The notes beneath the pieces were generated by a model. That model ran no database searches. It was not told where the DNA came from and saw only the letters and a list, made by a program, of their open reading frames with translations. From NCBI GenBank assembly GCA_963809665.1, contig CAWEKC010000005.1, forward strand, positions 11,878 through 75,877: a stretch of 64,000 bases of DNA, written 5' to 3'. Below, piece after piece: positions 27,896 through 37,533 of this stretch. Source of the stretch: Candidatus Gottesmanbacteria bacterium. Its GTDB lineage: Bacteria > Patescibacteriota > Microgenomatia > UBA10105 > UBA927. Made by a program: the position numbers and the translations under genes. The stretch's first letter is position 1. Each line of letters starts with the position of its first letter.

Positions 27896-28963
27896 GTGGA
27901 CAACGCATTATGGAAGTTAAGATTTAATTGTATGACAGAAAAATCACCAGCAGCAACGAGTCAACAGAATCCTTCGGATGGGAAATACACACGTGATCCG
28001 CTCGCCGTTGTGGAACCACCGGACCCTTGGTATTTGGGCGGATGGAAAGCCCTAAAAAATCCCAAAGTTGCTCCGTACTTGGGGGTCGGATTATTTCTGA
28101 TCATCGGGATCATATTTACTGTCGCAACCCTGAATCCTCTGCAGATGACTACCCGTGCAACAGCCCATCAAGCGTCGATCACCGTTCTGCCGGCTAAACT
28201 TTCCCTGCCACCAAACGGAACCCTGCAGGTGTGGGCTACAGCAGACAGTCCCGTAGCATTTATCAACGTCCAGATCACGTTTAACCCGGCGGTCGTGAAG
28301 CTAACCACGGAACCCGTTCTGACGACATCAACATGGGGAAGAATCGTCAAACTATCTACCATGGCTGATACCAACACTTCCGGCAAACTGGATATGGTTA
28401 TAGGATTGGATCCCGCGCACGTCCAGTCTCCTCCCAATGGGACATTCCAGATTGCAACCCTGCAGTTCGAAGCAAATACTGCAAATTCTAATGTAACTAC
28501 CTCCGTCGTCGCGTCTGCCATATCCCAACTGGTGGCGGTGGATACGACCGTATTCACCGTCACGGCAGCGGGAAGTACCATTACCGTGAACCCTCTTCCC
28601 TCTCCGACACCCACCACGACTCAGGGCGTCACCCCGATACACACCCGTAAACCGACTCCGACGACTCCGCCTAACGATATCACCCCGCCGGTGGTAACCA
28701 TCACGTCTCCTACGCATGGATCTGTCGTTCCGAATAAAGGCAGCATCTCCATTAAGGTCACGGCATCTGATGCTAGCAAAATTGCCACCATCACAATCAC
28801 CATGGATGGCACCATCGATAAAACCTGCAAAAACACAGCTTCTTGCCAAGATAAAATCGCGGTTAATAAAATACCGGCGGGGAGCCACACTATCACGGCA
28901 ACGGCAATGGACAAAAGCACGAACCATAACACCGCAACAACCACCATCGCCGTAACGAAATAG
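27896..28963 (+). CDS. membrane-anchored protein with cohesin-like domain, Pro/Thr linker and Ig-like domain
   Basis: TM helix near the N-terminus. Cohesin-like segment (ITVLPAKLSLPPNGTLQVWATADSPVAFINVQITFNPAVVKL...FQIATLQFEA). PT linker. C-terminal Ig-like domain (VVTITSPTHGSVV...TATAMDKSTN). Confidence 0.5.
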   Translation: MDNALWKLRFNCMTEKSPAATSQQNPSDGKYTRDPLAVVEPPDPWYLGGWKALKNPKVAPYLGVGLFLIIGIIFTVATLNPLQMTTRATAHQASITVLPAKLSLPPNGTLQVWATADSPVAFINVQITFNPAVVKLTTEPVLTTSTWGRIVKLSTMADTNTSGKLDMVIGLDPAHVQSPPNGTFQIATLQFEANTANSNVTTSVVASAISQLVAVDTTVFTVTAAGSTITVNPLPSPTPTTTQGVTPIHTRKPTPTTPPNDITPPVVTITSPTHGSVVPNKGSISIKVTASDASKIATITITMDGTIDKTCKNTASCQDKIAVNKIPAGSHTITATAMDKSTNHNTATTTIAVTK

Positions 28964-28984
28964 AGGGCTAAAGAACAAAATTCC

Positions 28985-30101
28985 TTATCTGTAGCCGATA
29001 GGCTTTTCAGTGAGCGTCATTGAGAGGCTGATTTTCCGCTGGTCGGGCTTGATATCTTCGATAATACACTGGATTTCGTCCCCTGCTTTCGGTTCCTCGC
29101 CGGGAGAAATTTTGCTGATGTGGATGAGTCCTTCAATTCCGGGGTGAAAGAATCACAAAAATACCGTACGGCGACACACGGGAAACGGTCCCTTTAACAG
29201 TGCTGTCCTTCTCAAACATATCCAGGACGTGTTCCCACGGATCGGGTAACAGCTGTTTGAGGGATAATGTAAGTTTGCCCGAAGCCGCATCAATGCCGAT
29301 GACTTTCACCTTTATATTGTCCCCTGTTTTGAGGTATTGGTTTGGATCATCGACCTTTTCCCATGCAATTTCTGAGATATGGATTAATCCTTCAATTTCG
29401 TGTTCTGTACCGTCCTTGGTGACCTTCAATTTGGCAAACGCCCCGAATGGTACTACTCCGGTAATGGTGGCGGCTACGGTCTCTCCGACGGTCAGTGCGG
29501 ACAATACGTCCTTTTGTTTGGCGAGGGCCGCGCCTTCAGTGACTGCGCGTTGGGAAAATACCAGACGGTTTGTATCACGGTCCACCTCGACGATTTTCGC
29601 GCTTACTCTGCGGTTAATGGATTTGTCTAACTGTTTAAATGTTGCGCCATCCAGCTGTGACTGCGGAATATAGCCACGTAGCCCGCCGTAATCAACCAAA
29701 ATACCGCCGCGGACCGGCTCTTTGAGCGTTACTTCAACCACTTCTCCGCTCTTTTGTTTTTCAGTCAGGGCTGCCCACCGTTTTTCAAAAATACTCCGGC
29801 GCAGGGACAGTACGGACTGTCCGCGGTCGTTTTCTGCAACGATGACCTGGGCAACCACCGTATCCCCGACTTTAAGGGACATAAGCATGTCTCGGTACGT
29901 CTCCAGCTCCCGGTCGATAACCACGCCCTCGGTTTTTCCGCCAATATCTATAGTAATTTCCTTGCGGGATATACGCGTGATTTTCCCCTCAACGACATCA
30001 CCTTTTTTTACGCCTTTAAGGGTATACGAAGTTTGCGCGAGCAGCTCCTCCATGGTCTGGGGAGCAGAAGTCTTAGATGAGGATTTTGTTGATTTGGCCA
30101 T
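28985..30101 (-). CDS. rpsA: 30S ribosomal protein S1 (short form), frameshifted in this assembly near 29150
   Basis: Four S1 repeats. The track ORF stops at 29133 (…GTVSRVSPYGIFVILSPRN*). The +1 frame continues FFHPGIEGLIHISKISPGEEPKAGDEIQCIIEDIKPDQRKISLSMTLTEKPIGYR* to a TAA at 28985-28987, completing the last S1 domain. The shift sits at a T5 homopolymer (GGTATTTTTGTGA). Confidence 0.75.
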
Positions 30102-30159
30102 TCATGAATACCGCCTTTCGATAGGATAAGGGGTATTATAGCCTATTTTGTGCTTGCGC

Positions 30160-30549
30160 TCAATGCTCAGCTTTTTCCGCCACTGCAGCCTCGGCCTTGG
30201 TTTTATGCACCGTCCCATCGGGATGGTTCGGCGGCGAATATATCGTGTAGAGTTTCAGTTCCTCCGCTCCGGTATTCACCACATTATGCATATTGCCTGC
30301 CGGAACAATCGCCACGTCGCCGTCGGCAACGTCATAATCCACGCCGGCGATAGTCACTCTCCCTTTCCCGGTCTCAAACCGGAAAAACTGGTCCACCTGC
30401 GGGTGAACTTCCATACCGATTTCCTCCCCGGGCTTCAGTGTCATGAGCACGAGCTGCGCATGCAGTCCGGTGTAGAGAACCTGCCGGAAATAGGTATTTG
30501 CCCGCGTGAGCTCCTCAATATTTGCTTTATATCCGATCATATTTTTCAC
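30160..30549 (-). CDS. cupin domain protein
   Basis: 129 aa with a cupin beta-barrel signature (GEEIGMEVHPQVDQFF...GDVAIVPAGNMHNVVN). Confidence 0.6.
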   Translation of the reverse strand: MKNMIGYKANIEELTRANTYFRQVLYTGLHAQLVLMTLKPGEEIGMEVHPQVDQFFRFETGKGRVTIAGVDYDVADGDVAIVPAGNMHNVVNTGAEELKLYTIYSPPNHPDGTVHKTKAEAAVAEKAEH

Positions 30550-30666
30550 CTCCTATGAGTATCATACCACGCCTTTGCCATATACCATTCTGTAATAGAG
30601 ATTACAGATAACCAAACAGGAATACTTCATACTTCAAGTATAGGTAACATTTATAGGAGGTATTTT

Positions 30667-31047
30667 ATGATTAAAAAAATTGATGCAGTCCTTTTATCAA
30701 GTCCGAATGCCAAAAAACTCGCGGCATTTTACACGGATACAGTCGGAGTAAAATTTCAGTTTGAAGGTGAAATGGGAGACGGAGACAATGTCTACGGGGC
30801 TAGTTTCAAAGGAAGCGGTGACTTTACCGTCATGGACCACAGTAAAGTCAAAGGAAAAAGTACGCAGCCGGAGCGGTTTATGGTTAATTTCGAGGTAGAT
30901 AACGTTCAAAAAGAATTCAACCGGCTGAAAAAGAACGGTGTTAAAGTGATTTCACCGGTCTATCACATACAGGACTACGGCTACATTGCTACCTTTGAGG
31001 ACCCGGACGGTAATTATTTCCAGCTCGTGCAGGTCCGGGCAAAATAA
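30667..31047 (+). CDS. VOC (glyoxalase/bleomycin-resistance) family protein
   Basis: 126 aa with glyoxalase-like betaalpha-beta-beta-beta modules (ATFEDPDGNYFQLVQ). Confidence 0.6.
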   Translation: MIKKIDAVLLSSPNAKKLAAFYTDTVGVKFQFEGEMGDGDNVYGASFKGSGDFTVMDHSKVKGKSTQPERFMVNFEVDNVQKEFNRLKKNGVKVISPVYHIQDYGYIATFEDPDGNYFQLVQVRAK

Positions 31048-31051
31048 CCGT

Positions 31052-31579
31052 ATGAAAGCAGTCATACTTACCGCGGATGAGTTTGAGGATATGGAGGTTA
31101 TGTATCCTCTATTCCGTCTGCAGGAAGCGGGGTGGAAGATCGACGTAGCGGCGCCGACAAAAGAGTCGATCCACGGGGAATTCGGGTACGGCGAACTGGT
31201 CCCCGATGTCACGATTGGCAAGGTAAATCCCGACGACTATGATCTCCTCATTATTACCGGCGGGGCGCCTACGGGCGCGCCGGCGGTTGTACGGAAAATC
31301 AAAAAGGCGCAGGAAATAACCAGATCGTTTTTTGCCAAAAACAAGCCCGTTGCGTCCATCTGTCACGGTCCGTGGACCCTTGCGGATGCGGGGGTTGTTG
31401 CAGGCCGTCATCTCACATGTTACTGGCACGACGGCGTTCCGGAGTCAGTGAAAGCCGCAGGCGGTATCTGGGAGGATAAAGAGGTTGTCGTGGACGGAAA
31501 TCTTGTTACATCGCGCTGGCCGCCGGATCTTCCGGCGTTCATGCGCGAAACGCTTAAACTCGTAAGTGCGAAAAATTAA
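31052..31579 (+). CDS. DJ-1/PfpI family protein
   Basis: MKAVILTADEFEDMEV...LLIITGG...nucleophile elbow SICHGPW. Start at internal ATG 31052, 2 nt after the previous stop. Confidence 0.8.
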   Translation: MKAVILTADEFEDMEVMYPLFRLQEAGWKIDVAAPTKESIHGEFGYGELVPDVTIGKVNPDDYDLLIITGGAPTGAPAVVRKIKKAQEITRSFFAKNKPVASICHGPWTLADAGVVAGRHLTCYWHDGVPESVKAAGGIWEDKEVVVDGNLVTSRWPPDLPAFMRETLKLVSAKN

Positions 31580-31609
31580 GCGGCTCAACGTCCATTACCA
31601 CCAAACGGT

Positions 31610-31783
31610 CTATTTTGACACCGCTGTAGCCGGTTTTTCAGCCGGTGAATTATTCTGGGGGTTCTGTCCCGAATATATAATGATATCGTTCAGCGAGTCT
31701 TTCAGGTCGCGGACGAGCGTTGCTTTCAGGATTTCCCCATTCTTATGAACAGTAATAGGAATTTCTTGTTCTATATGTACCAA
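31610..31783 (-). CDS. possible small protein (57 aa) with TTG start
   Basis: A perfect RBS AAGGAGGTG lies 8 nt upstream of a TTG. The ORF reads (M)VHIEQEIPITVHKNGEILKATLVRDLKDSLNDIIIYSGQNPQNNSPAEKPATAVSK. It is absent from the track (non-ATG start, under 60 aa). Confidence 0.25.
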   Translation of the reverse strand: MVHIEQEIPITVHKNGEILKATLVRDLKDSLNDIIIYSGQNPQNNSPAEKPATAVSK

Positions 31784-31809
31784 TTGTTCTTCACCTCCTT
31801 TTTTACCAT

Positions 31810-31833
31810 AAAAAAACCAGAGATTGGCTCTGG
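31810..31833 (-). terminator. rho-independent terminator (minus strand)
   Basis: CCAGAG-ATTGG-CTCTGG hairpin followed on the minus strand by T7. Lies 65 nt downstream of the 31899..32447 ORF. Confidence 0.4.
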
Positions 31834-31898
31834 GATTCTAGTATAGGGGGGTATTTTGCGGTCTGTCAATGCATCAAAAAACCGATCCGGGACTTTTA

Positions 31899-32447
31899 TT
31901 ACTTTTTCAGGAGGGTTTCCGGTGTTTGGCCGGTCCGGGCGATCACGGCTGCGCGGTACCGCAAGCGGTTGGGATTATCCTCAGTTGCGATTGTATACAT
32001 AAGTAATACCGCTTCGGGTGGGTATTCGGTCAACCAATCTCGGCGGACAGGTTGTGCGAGCCACGGAACGTCTTTCTGTTCCGTGTCGGGAACCAGAAGA
32101 TGTACGACGGGACCGCCGAGCTCTTTTTCCCAGGCTTTCATCTGTTGAGATGCACGGAAATTATCACGCACCGTCCATAACTTATCATCAGGTTGCAAAA
32201 GATATAATGCACTTTTCACCTTTTTGAATATATCTACATCAGAGAAATCGACAATCCAACCCTTGGATAAATTTTTCGGGATCTCATCGTCCAGAACCAA
32301 GTCCGTAATGCGGCGCCGGTTGTTATTAAGGTTCTCCAAAGCCCACAGTAATCCGCTCGAGATTCTATTCTTATACTCTTGGCTTTCTATCTCCGGTCTT
32401 TGCGACATGATGGGCGCACTATAGCGCGAATACCAGCGGGAAGTCAA
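31899..32447 (-). CDS. hypothetical protein
   Basis: 182-aa ORF immediately downstream of 5S rRNA. No family recognised. Confidence 0.4.
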   Translation of the reverse strand: MTSRWYSRYSAPIMSQRPEIESQEYKNRISSGLLWALENLNNNRRRITDLVLDDEIPKNLSKGWIVDFSDVDIFKKVKSALYLLQPDDKLWTVRDNFRASQQMKAWEKELGGPVVHLLVPDTEQKDVPWLAQPVRRDWLTEYPPEAVLLMYTIATEDNPNRLRYRAAVIARTGQTPETLLKK

Positions 32448-32475
32448 ATAAAAACCGCTCCAATGTCCCCCAGCC

Positions 32476-32591
32476 TTGACCTATCTTCCCGGTTCCTTGC
32501 GGAATAGGTATTGTCAGCGCTGACGCGTTTCACTTCCGAGTTCGGAATGGGATCGGGTGGGTCCACGTCGCTCAAAAGACTGGAAGACACC
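32476..32591 (-). rRNA. rrf: 5S ribosomal RNA
   Basis: The reverse complement contains CCCAUUCCGAACUCGGAAGUGAAACGCGUCAGCGC (loop C / helix III consensus) and complementary termini (GGUGUCUUCC / GGAAGAUAGG). Confidence 0.75.
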
Positions 32592-33013
32592 GGAGCGGTT
32601 CTTCCAAAATAAAAGTATTCACTTGTTAATAAAGTAGTTGTACGTAAGGGATAATCCATGCGGACTTCCTTACTGTTTTACAATTTGTTGGAATAAAGAA
32701 CGAATGTACGTTTGTAAACGTAAACCTTTGTTCTCCACAACATCGATCGATTAGTACGAGTAAGCTAAGCACCTTACGGTGTGTACACTTCTCGCCTATC
32801 AAACCCGTATTCTCCGGGTGATCTGTAACGATTCTTCATCTTGGGTTGGGCTTGGTGCTTGAGATGCTTTCAGCACTTATCCCGTCCGGATCTAGCTACC
32901 CAACGTTGCCTGTTGTCAGACAATTGGCACACCAGGGATCCGTTCCTCCCGGTCCTCTCGTACTAGGGAGAACTCCCCTCAAGAATCTAACGCTTGCACA
33001 GGATAGAGACCGA

Positions 33014-33325
33014 CAAATTTGTTAATCTGAATGTCGCCATTCAGTTCGGACTATATCTTCCACGCCTCATCGGCGGGTCTGACATATAGTCTCTGAGGGG
33101 TCCGTCGTATGACAGACTTCCCTGCTGATTGTCTGCATTGAACGATTTTTACTCGTAAAAGTACGTTCAAATACTCAGAGTTTCCAGCAAATAGTCAGAT
33201 TTACACTTTGCACAACATTGCGCAAAGTATGCTTTCAAAATATAACAGTAATAATTCTCGATGGAGTTTCCAAAAAACGTCTGAAAGCGGACAGCTCTTC
33301 TTACGTACGGTCGTACGTATTGTCT
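33014..33325 (-). mobile_element. group I intron (ORF-less) at 23S position ~L2593 (E. coli numbering)
   Basis: It interrupts GAGACAGU|UCGGUC. It contains Q-like AAUCAGCAGG, R CCUCAGAGACUA and S AAGAUAUAGUCC core elements, followed by a P9 GCGA-tetraloop hairpin. It ends with G. Confidence 0.6.
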
Positions 33326-33361
<36 letters not shown>

Positions 33362-33472
33362 CTTTTAACCGGCGAACAGCCGGACCCTTGGGACCTTCTC
33401 CAGCCCCAGGATAGGATGAGCCGACATCGAGGTGCCAAACCGCCTCGTCGCTATGGACTCTCGGAAGCGATC

Positions 33473-33505
<33 letters not shown>

Positions 33506-33830
33506 AAGCCCGCTACCTCCCACGAGGTATGCGAGGATCACTAACACCTACTTTCGTACCTGCTCGACTTGTATGTCTCGCAGTCAAGCTGGCTTATGCG
33601 TTTGCACGACAAGTCCTGATTTCCATTCAGGATTAGCCAACCTTTGTACGCCTCCGTTACACTTTTGGAGGCAACCTCCCCAGTTAAACTGCCCACCAGA
33701 CAGTGTTCTTCTCCCGGATTTTTATGCGGGAGTAAGTAAGATTTCGTCATTCCAAAGAGTGGTATTCCATGTTTCGCCCGAAGGCTCCCACCTATTCTCG
33801 ACAGTCAAAATAACGTCCTCAGTGCCAAGT

Positions 33831-33861
<31 letters not shown>

Positions 33862-33939
33862 ATGTGTAAGTAGGCCGCATCTTCACAGCCATTTCAATTT
33901 CGCCGGGTAACAGTTCAAGACAGTCACTAAGTCATTCTA

Positions 33940-33974
<35 letters not shown>

Positions 33975-33981
33975 CTTCGCT

Positions 33982-34258
33982 CATAAATCGTGTTAGCTTC
34001 ATGTCGCCATGAAGATCAGACTATATCTTCTCGCCGATGTGATCGGGATCGCACGTGTAGTCGTTGAGGATTTCTCGATATTGTTATCGAGATCTTTCCT
34101 GCTGATTGACTCCACTCGAACAGATTATTACCTTGTGGTACTGTTGATATTCAGAGTTATTCCAGCATATAGTGCAATTTTTCTATATACCCACTTTCCT
34201 ATTTGCACGGTGAATATACGAGAGGTTTGGCTACCTCACTATGGCAGCGAAAATATCT
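33982..34258 (-). mobile_element. group I intron (ORF-less) at 23S position ~L1931
   Basis: It interrupts CUAUGGU|AGCGAAGUUCC. P1 is formed by exon CUAUGGU with intron GCCAUAG, giving a U.G pair at the splice site. Q AAUCAGCAGG, R-like UCAACGACUA, S AAGAUAUAGUCU, P9 GCGA hairpin. 3' end ...GAUUUAUG. Confidence 0.6.
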
Positions 34259-34272
34259 ACCATAGAACAGTT

Positions 34273-34982
34273 CACTTTGTTATATACTCCGGTTGGTTAC
34301 GTAATCTCATAGTCGCCTATGAGGTCGGACTATATCATCTCCTGATTACATCGGAGGTCGAGCGTATAGTCTCTGAGGATTCTTGAAGAGGAAATACATC
34401 GTTAATACCATATTTTCTTGTTCTTCCTTTTCCTTCATTGATTGTTTCCCGAAGAAGAAGGATTTTCTTTAACCCGGATTGAGTTCTATGCTCCCCTCTC
34501 TCCATCAAATCGGCGATCTTGCAAAAAATCGCAAAATTTCGCTTTTTTGACTGGGAAAGGACCGGATATCGTCGAAAATACGGAATAACGTGCTTGATTA
34601 AATCGTCCGGATTCGTAGCATCAAATGAATGAAGTCCGTCCCGTTTTCGAACCTTAATAATCCCGCATTGAAGTTCATCCTTCAGTATTTGTAATATTGT
34701 CGGATCCTTCTGCGATACATTAAAGCTCATGACGACTTGCCAGTTGACCTTATAGTCAGCTTTCCGTCGTAACGAAACGTTAAAACTTCCCTCACCTTCT
34801 ACAAACCCGGCTAAGAAATAACCAAGTTTTTCCTTTTTCAAGTCTTTCCTGCTGATTTGCTGCACTGACCGCATTGTCACCAGTATATCTGGTAGCGTCA
34901 GATACTTCAACCGTTCGCTTTTCCGCGACGGTACAGCTCTTCCAGCATTTAGTCAACTTTTACAACTACAAAACTGTATTTT
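34273..34982 (-). mobile_element. group I intron at 23S position ~L1917 carrying a LAGLIDADG homing endonuclease ORF
   Basis: It interrupts GUAACUAU|AACUGUUC (H69). Q AAUCAGCAGG at ~34855 lies inside the ORF 5' end. R AUAGUCUCUGAGG and S GAUGAUAUAGUCC follow at 34363/34327. It ends ...CAAAGUG. Only 14 nt of exon (34259-34272) separate it from the L1931 intron. Boundaries are +/-2 nt because of an AA ambiguity. Confidence 0.6.
34335..34910 (-). CDS. LAGLIDADG family homing endonuclease (single-motif), intron-encoded
   Basis: LAGFVEGEGSF motif in a ~190-aa protein, located inside the 23S rRNA L1917 intron. The real start may be an internal Met (for example MRSVQQ). Confidence 0.85.
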   Translation of the reverse strand: MKYLTLPDILVTMRSVQQISRKDLKKEKLGYFLAGFVEGEGSFNVSLRRKADYKVNWQVVMSFNVSQKDPTILQILKDELQCGIIKVRKRDGLHSFDATNPDDLIKHVIPYFRRYPVLSQSKKRNFAIFCKIADLMERGEHRTQSGLKKILLLRETINEGKGRTRKYGINDVFPLQESSETIRSTSDVIRR

Positions 34983-36430
34983 ATAGTTACTGCTGCCGTT
35001 CACCGGAGCTTAAAAAATCGGCTTCTCTCTTGCGAAAGTTACCAACCTTTTTTAACTTACCGGCACTGGGCAGGTGTCAGCCCCTATACGTTGCGTTTCC
35101 GCTTCGCAGAGACCTGTGTTTTAGTTAAACAGTTGCTTAGTGTCGTGTGTTGAAACCCGGATTGCTCCAGGCAAGGCATCTCCCATAAGTTACGCCTAGT
35201 TTTTGTTGCCGAGTTCCTTTAACTGCTGTCGCCCGCTTGCCTTGGTATACTCTACCAGCGCACCTGTGTCGGTTTGTGGTACGGAAAACATATGCTTCTC
35301 AACGGAAATTTTCTCGAAAACAGAACTATCTCTGTTGCCCTCGCCTTGCGGCTCAGACTTCCCTACTTCTCAATTAATCGCAATAACGGATTTACCAGTT
35401 ATCACTATTTCGAAGCTTGGCGGCCAACGAATCAACCGCGAGACCAATCCTCTTTTGTCAATCCTTTGAGTCTTAATTAGCATACACTTGTAACGGAATA
35501 TAAACCGTTTCTACATCGAGCTACGCCCCCCATAGGGGCCTCGCCTTAGTTCCGACTAACCCGAAGTCGACGAACGTTGCTTCGGAAACCTTGCGCATTC
35601 GGCATGAAGGATTCGCACCTTCAAACGCTACTCATTCCGGCATTCTCACTTCTGTCCGCTCCAGCTGCCCTCACGGGCTGGCCTTCACTGCTGAACAGAA
35701 CGCTCCCTTACCACTTACTCCCGATAAATCGGGAATAAATTTCAATCGTCGGTAACATACTTGAGCCTCGATCATTTTCGGCGCCACGGCTTTCGTCCAG
35801 TGCGCTGTTACGCTTTCTTTAAAAGGTGGCTGCTTCTAAGCCAACTTCCTGGGTGTTTTAAAACCATGACTTCCTTAACCACTTAGTATGTATTTAGAGA
35901 CCTTAGATGTGAATCTGGGCTGTTGCCCTTTAGACACACGCGCTTAGCCGTGCATGTCTGACTGGCCAGGTACGGACGAAAGTATTCGGAGTTTGATTAA
36001 TGCGCGTTCCTTGCGAAACTCACATCATTCAGTGCTCTACCCCTTCGTACGAGTGACTGACCGCTATACCTAAATATATTTCAGGGAGAACCAGCTATCT
36101 CCAGGCTCGATAGGCATATTACCCCTAACCACAAGTCATCTCACAGATTTGTAACTCTGAAGAGTTCGGGCCTCCACCCATCTTTCGATAGGCTTCACCC
36201 TGCTCATGGTTAGCTCGCCCTGGTTTCGGGTCTACCGCCTGCTGCTAGTGTTTCGCCCAATTAGGGCTCGCTTTCACTACGCCTCCTCAACTCGCGTTGA
36301 TTAGACTTGCAGTAGATCGGTAACTCACCGGATCATTCTTCAATAGGCACGACGTCATCTATCTTGCGATAAACTTCGTCTGTTTGTTAGCTGACAATTT
36401 CAGGTACTATTTCATTCCCCTTCCGGGGTG

Positions 36431-36469
<39 letters not shown>

Positions 36470-36682
36470 GTATTCATGTATTTAGCCTTGGATCGTGGTC
36501 GACCCAGATTCCCACAGACCCTTCGTGGTCCATGGTACTTAGGAACCAATTAGCGGAAATTATCATGTCGAATACGAGGCTTTCACTCTCTCTGGCCGCC
36601 TATTCCGAGGCGTTCTTCTACAACAATTTCATCACATATCACTGGCCCTACAACCCCAATCCTTGCGGATTGGTTTAGGCTG

Positions 36683-36714
<32 letters not shown>

Positions 36715-37196
36715 TCTATTGATTTATTTTCCTCACCTTACTGAGATGTTTCAGTTCAGATGGTATCCCACACAACACTATGACCATCTTTCGATAATTT
36801 TTATGTTGTGCTCCCCCTTGCGGGGTGGGTTGCCCCATTCGGAAACCGTCGGATCGGTGGATTATAGCTCCTCCCCGACGAATATCGCTGCTATATACGT
36901 CCTTCCTCGGCATGAATACCCTGGGCATCCATTGTCAACTTGTAGCGTTGCAGAGAACAAAGGTCGCAATCTGCTTTTGGCAAATTGCACTTTGTTCTTT
37001 CTCCAACAAAATTGTTATGCAGTAAGAAATAATCCGAAGGATTACCCCTTACGATGCAACTACTTGTTTTTCAAATTCTTTCCATAATAGGAATTGCACC
37101 TACACTATGGAAAAGTCGTTAAATTTTTAACGTGCTGCGCTAAAAAGTTATGCGTAGTAAGGCAGTACCCTGCCCTAGTACCCATAACCTTTCCAG

Positions 37197-37269
37197 TGGA
37201 CCCGGGCGGAGTCGAACCGCCTGCCTCTTCATTGCAAATGAAGCGTTCAACCAGGTAAACTTCGGGCCC
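37197..37269 (-). tRNA. tRNA-Ala (anticodon UGC), first gene of the tRNA-23S-5S operon
   Basis: Acceptor GGGCCCG with G3:U70, D-arm GUUU-ACCUGGUU-GAAC, anticodon stem CUUCA/UGAAG with loop UUUGCAA, T-arm GGCGG-UUCGACU-CCGCC. Confidence 0.8.
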
Positions 37270-37312
37270 GCGATTTTCTCCGTTGTCCAATTGTTTAACG
37301 TGCGTGGGGCAT

Positions 37313-37339
37313 TAAAAAACCCCGCCTGAGATGCGGGGC
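37313..37339 (-). terminator. rho-independent terminator (minus strand)
   Basis: CCCCGC-CUGAGAU-GCGGGG hairpin followed on the minus strand by UUUUUUAA. Lies between the 37534..39072 gene and the rRNA operon. Confidence 0.45.
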
Positions 37340-37533
37340 TAAATTCACTCATTCGAGGCAACTACACACGCAAACACTGCCAAATTTGGTTTAGGTTTGA
37401 ATATGATTTGTTGTGTCTCATGAATTGAATTTCGGCCTTCTCGTGGTGAAGCGAAAAAGCGCTCGTGCCTTGCATCTAAGGGCAAATATGTATTCTACTC
37501 ACTCCCGCTTCGCTTGTCAACAACCATGCGGGG

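Noticed and set aside
30986-31051. Upstream in-frame extensions of several genes (30986 for DJ-1, 42343 for deoxyribosyltransferase, 48828 for SDR, 10983 GTG for the YfhO-like gene, 44754 for copA, 4502 for FdtA, 58571 for the small membrane ORF)
   Set aside because: The extensions overlap upstream genes or encode non-conserved peptides. Internal ATGs sit 1-8 nt after the preceding stop and begin at the conserved domain start.
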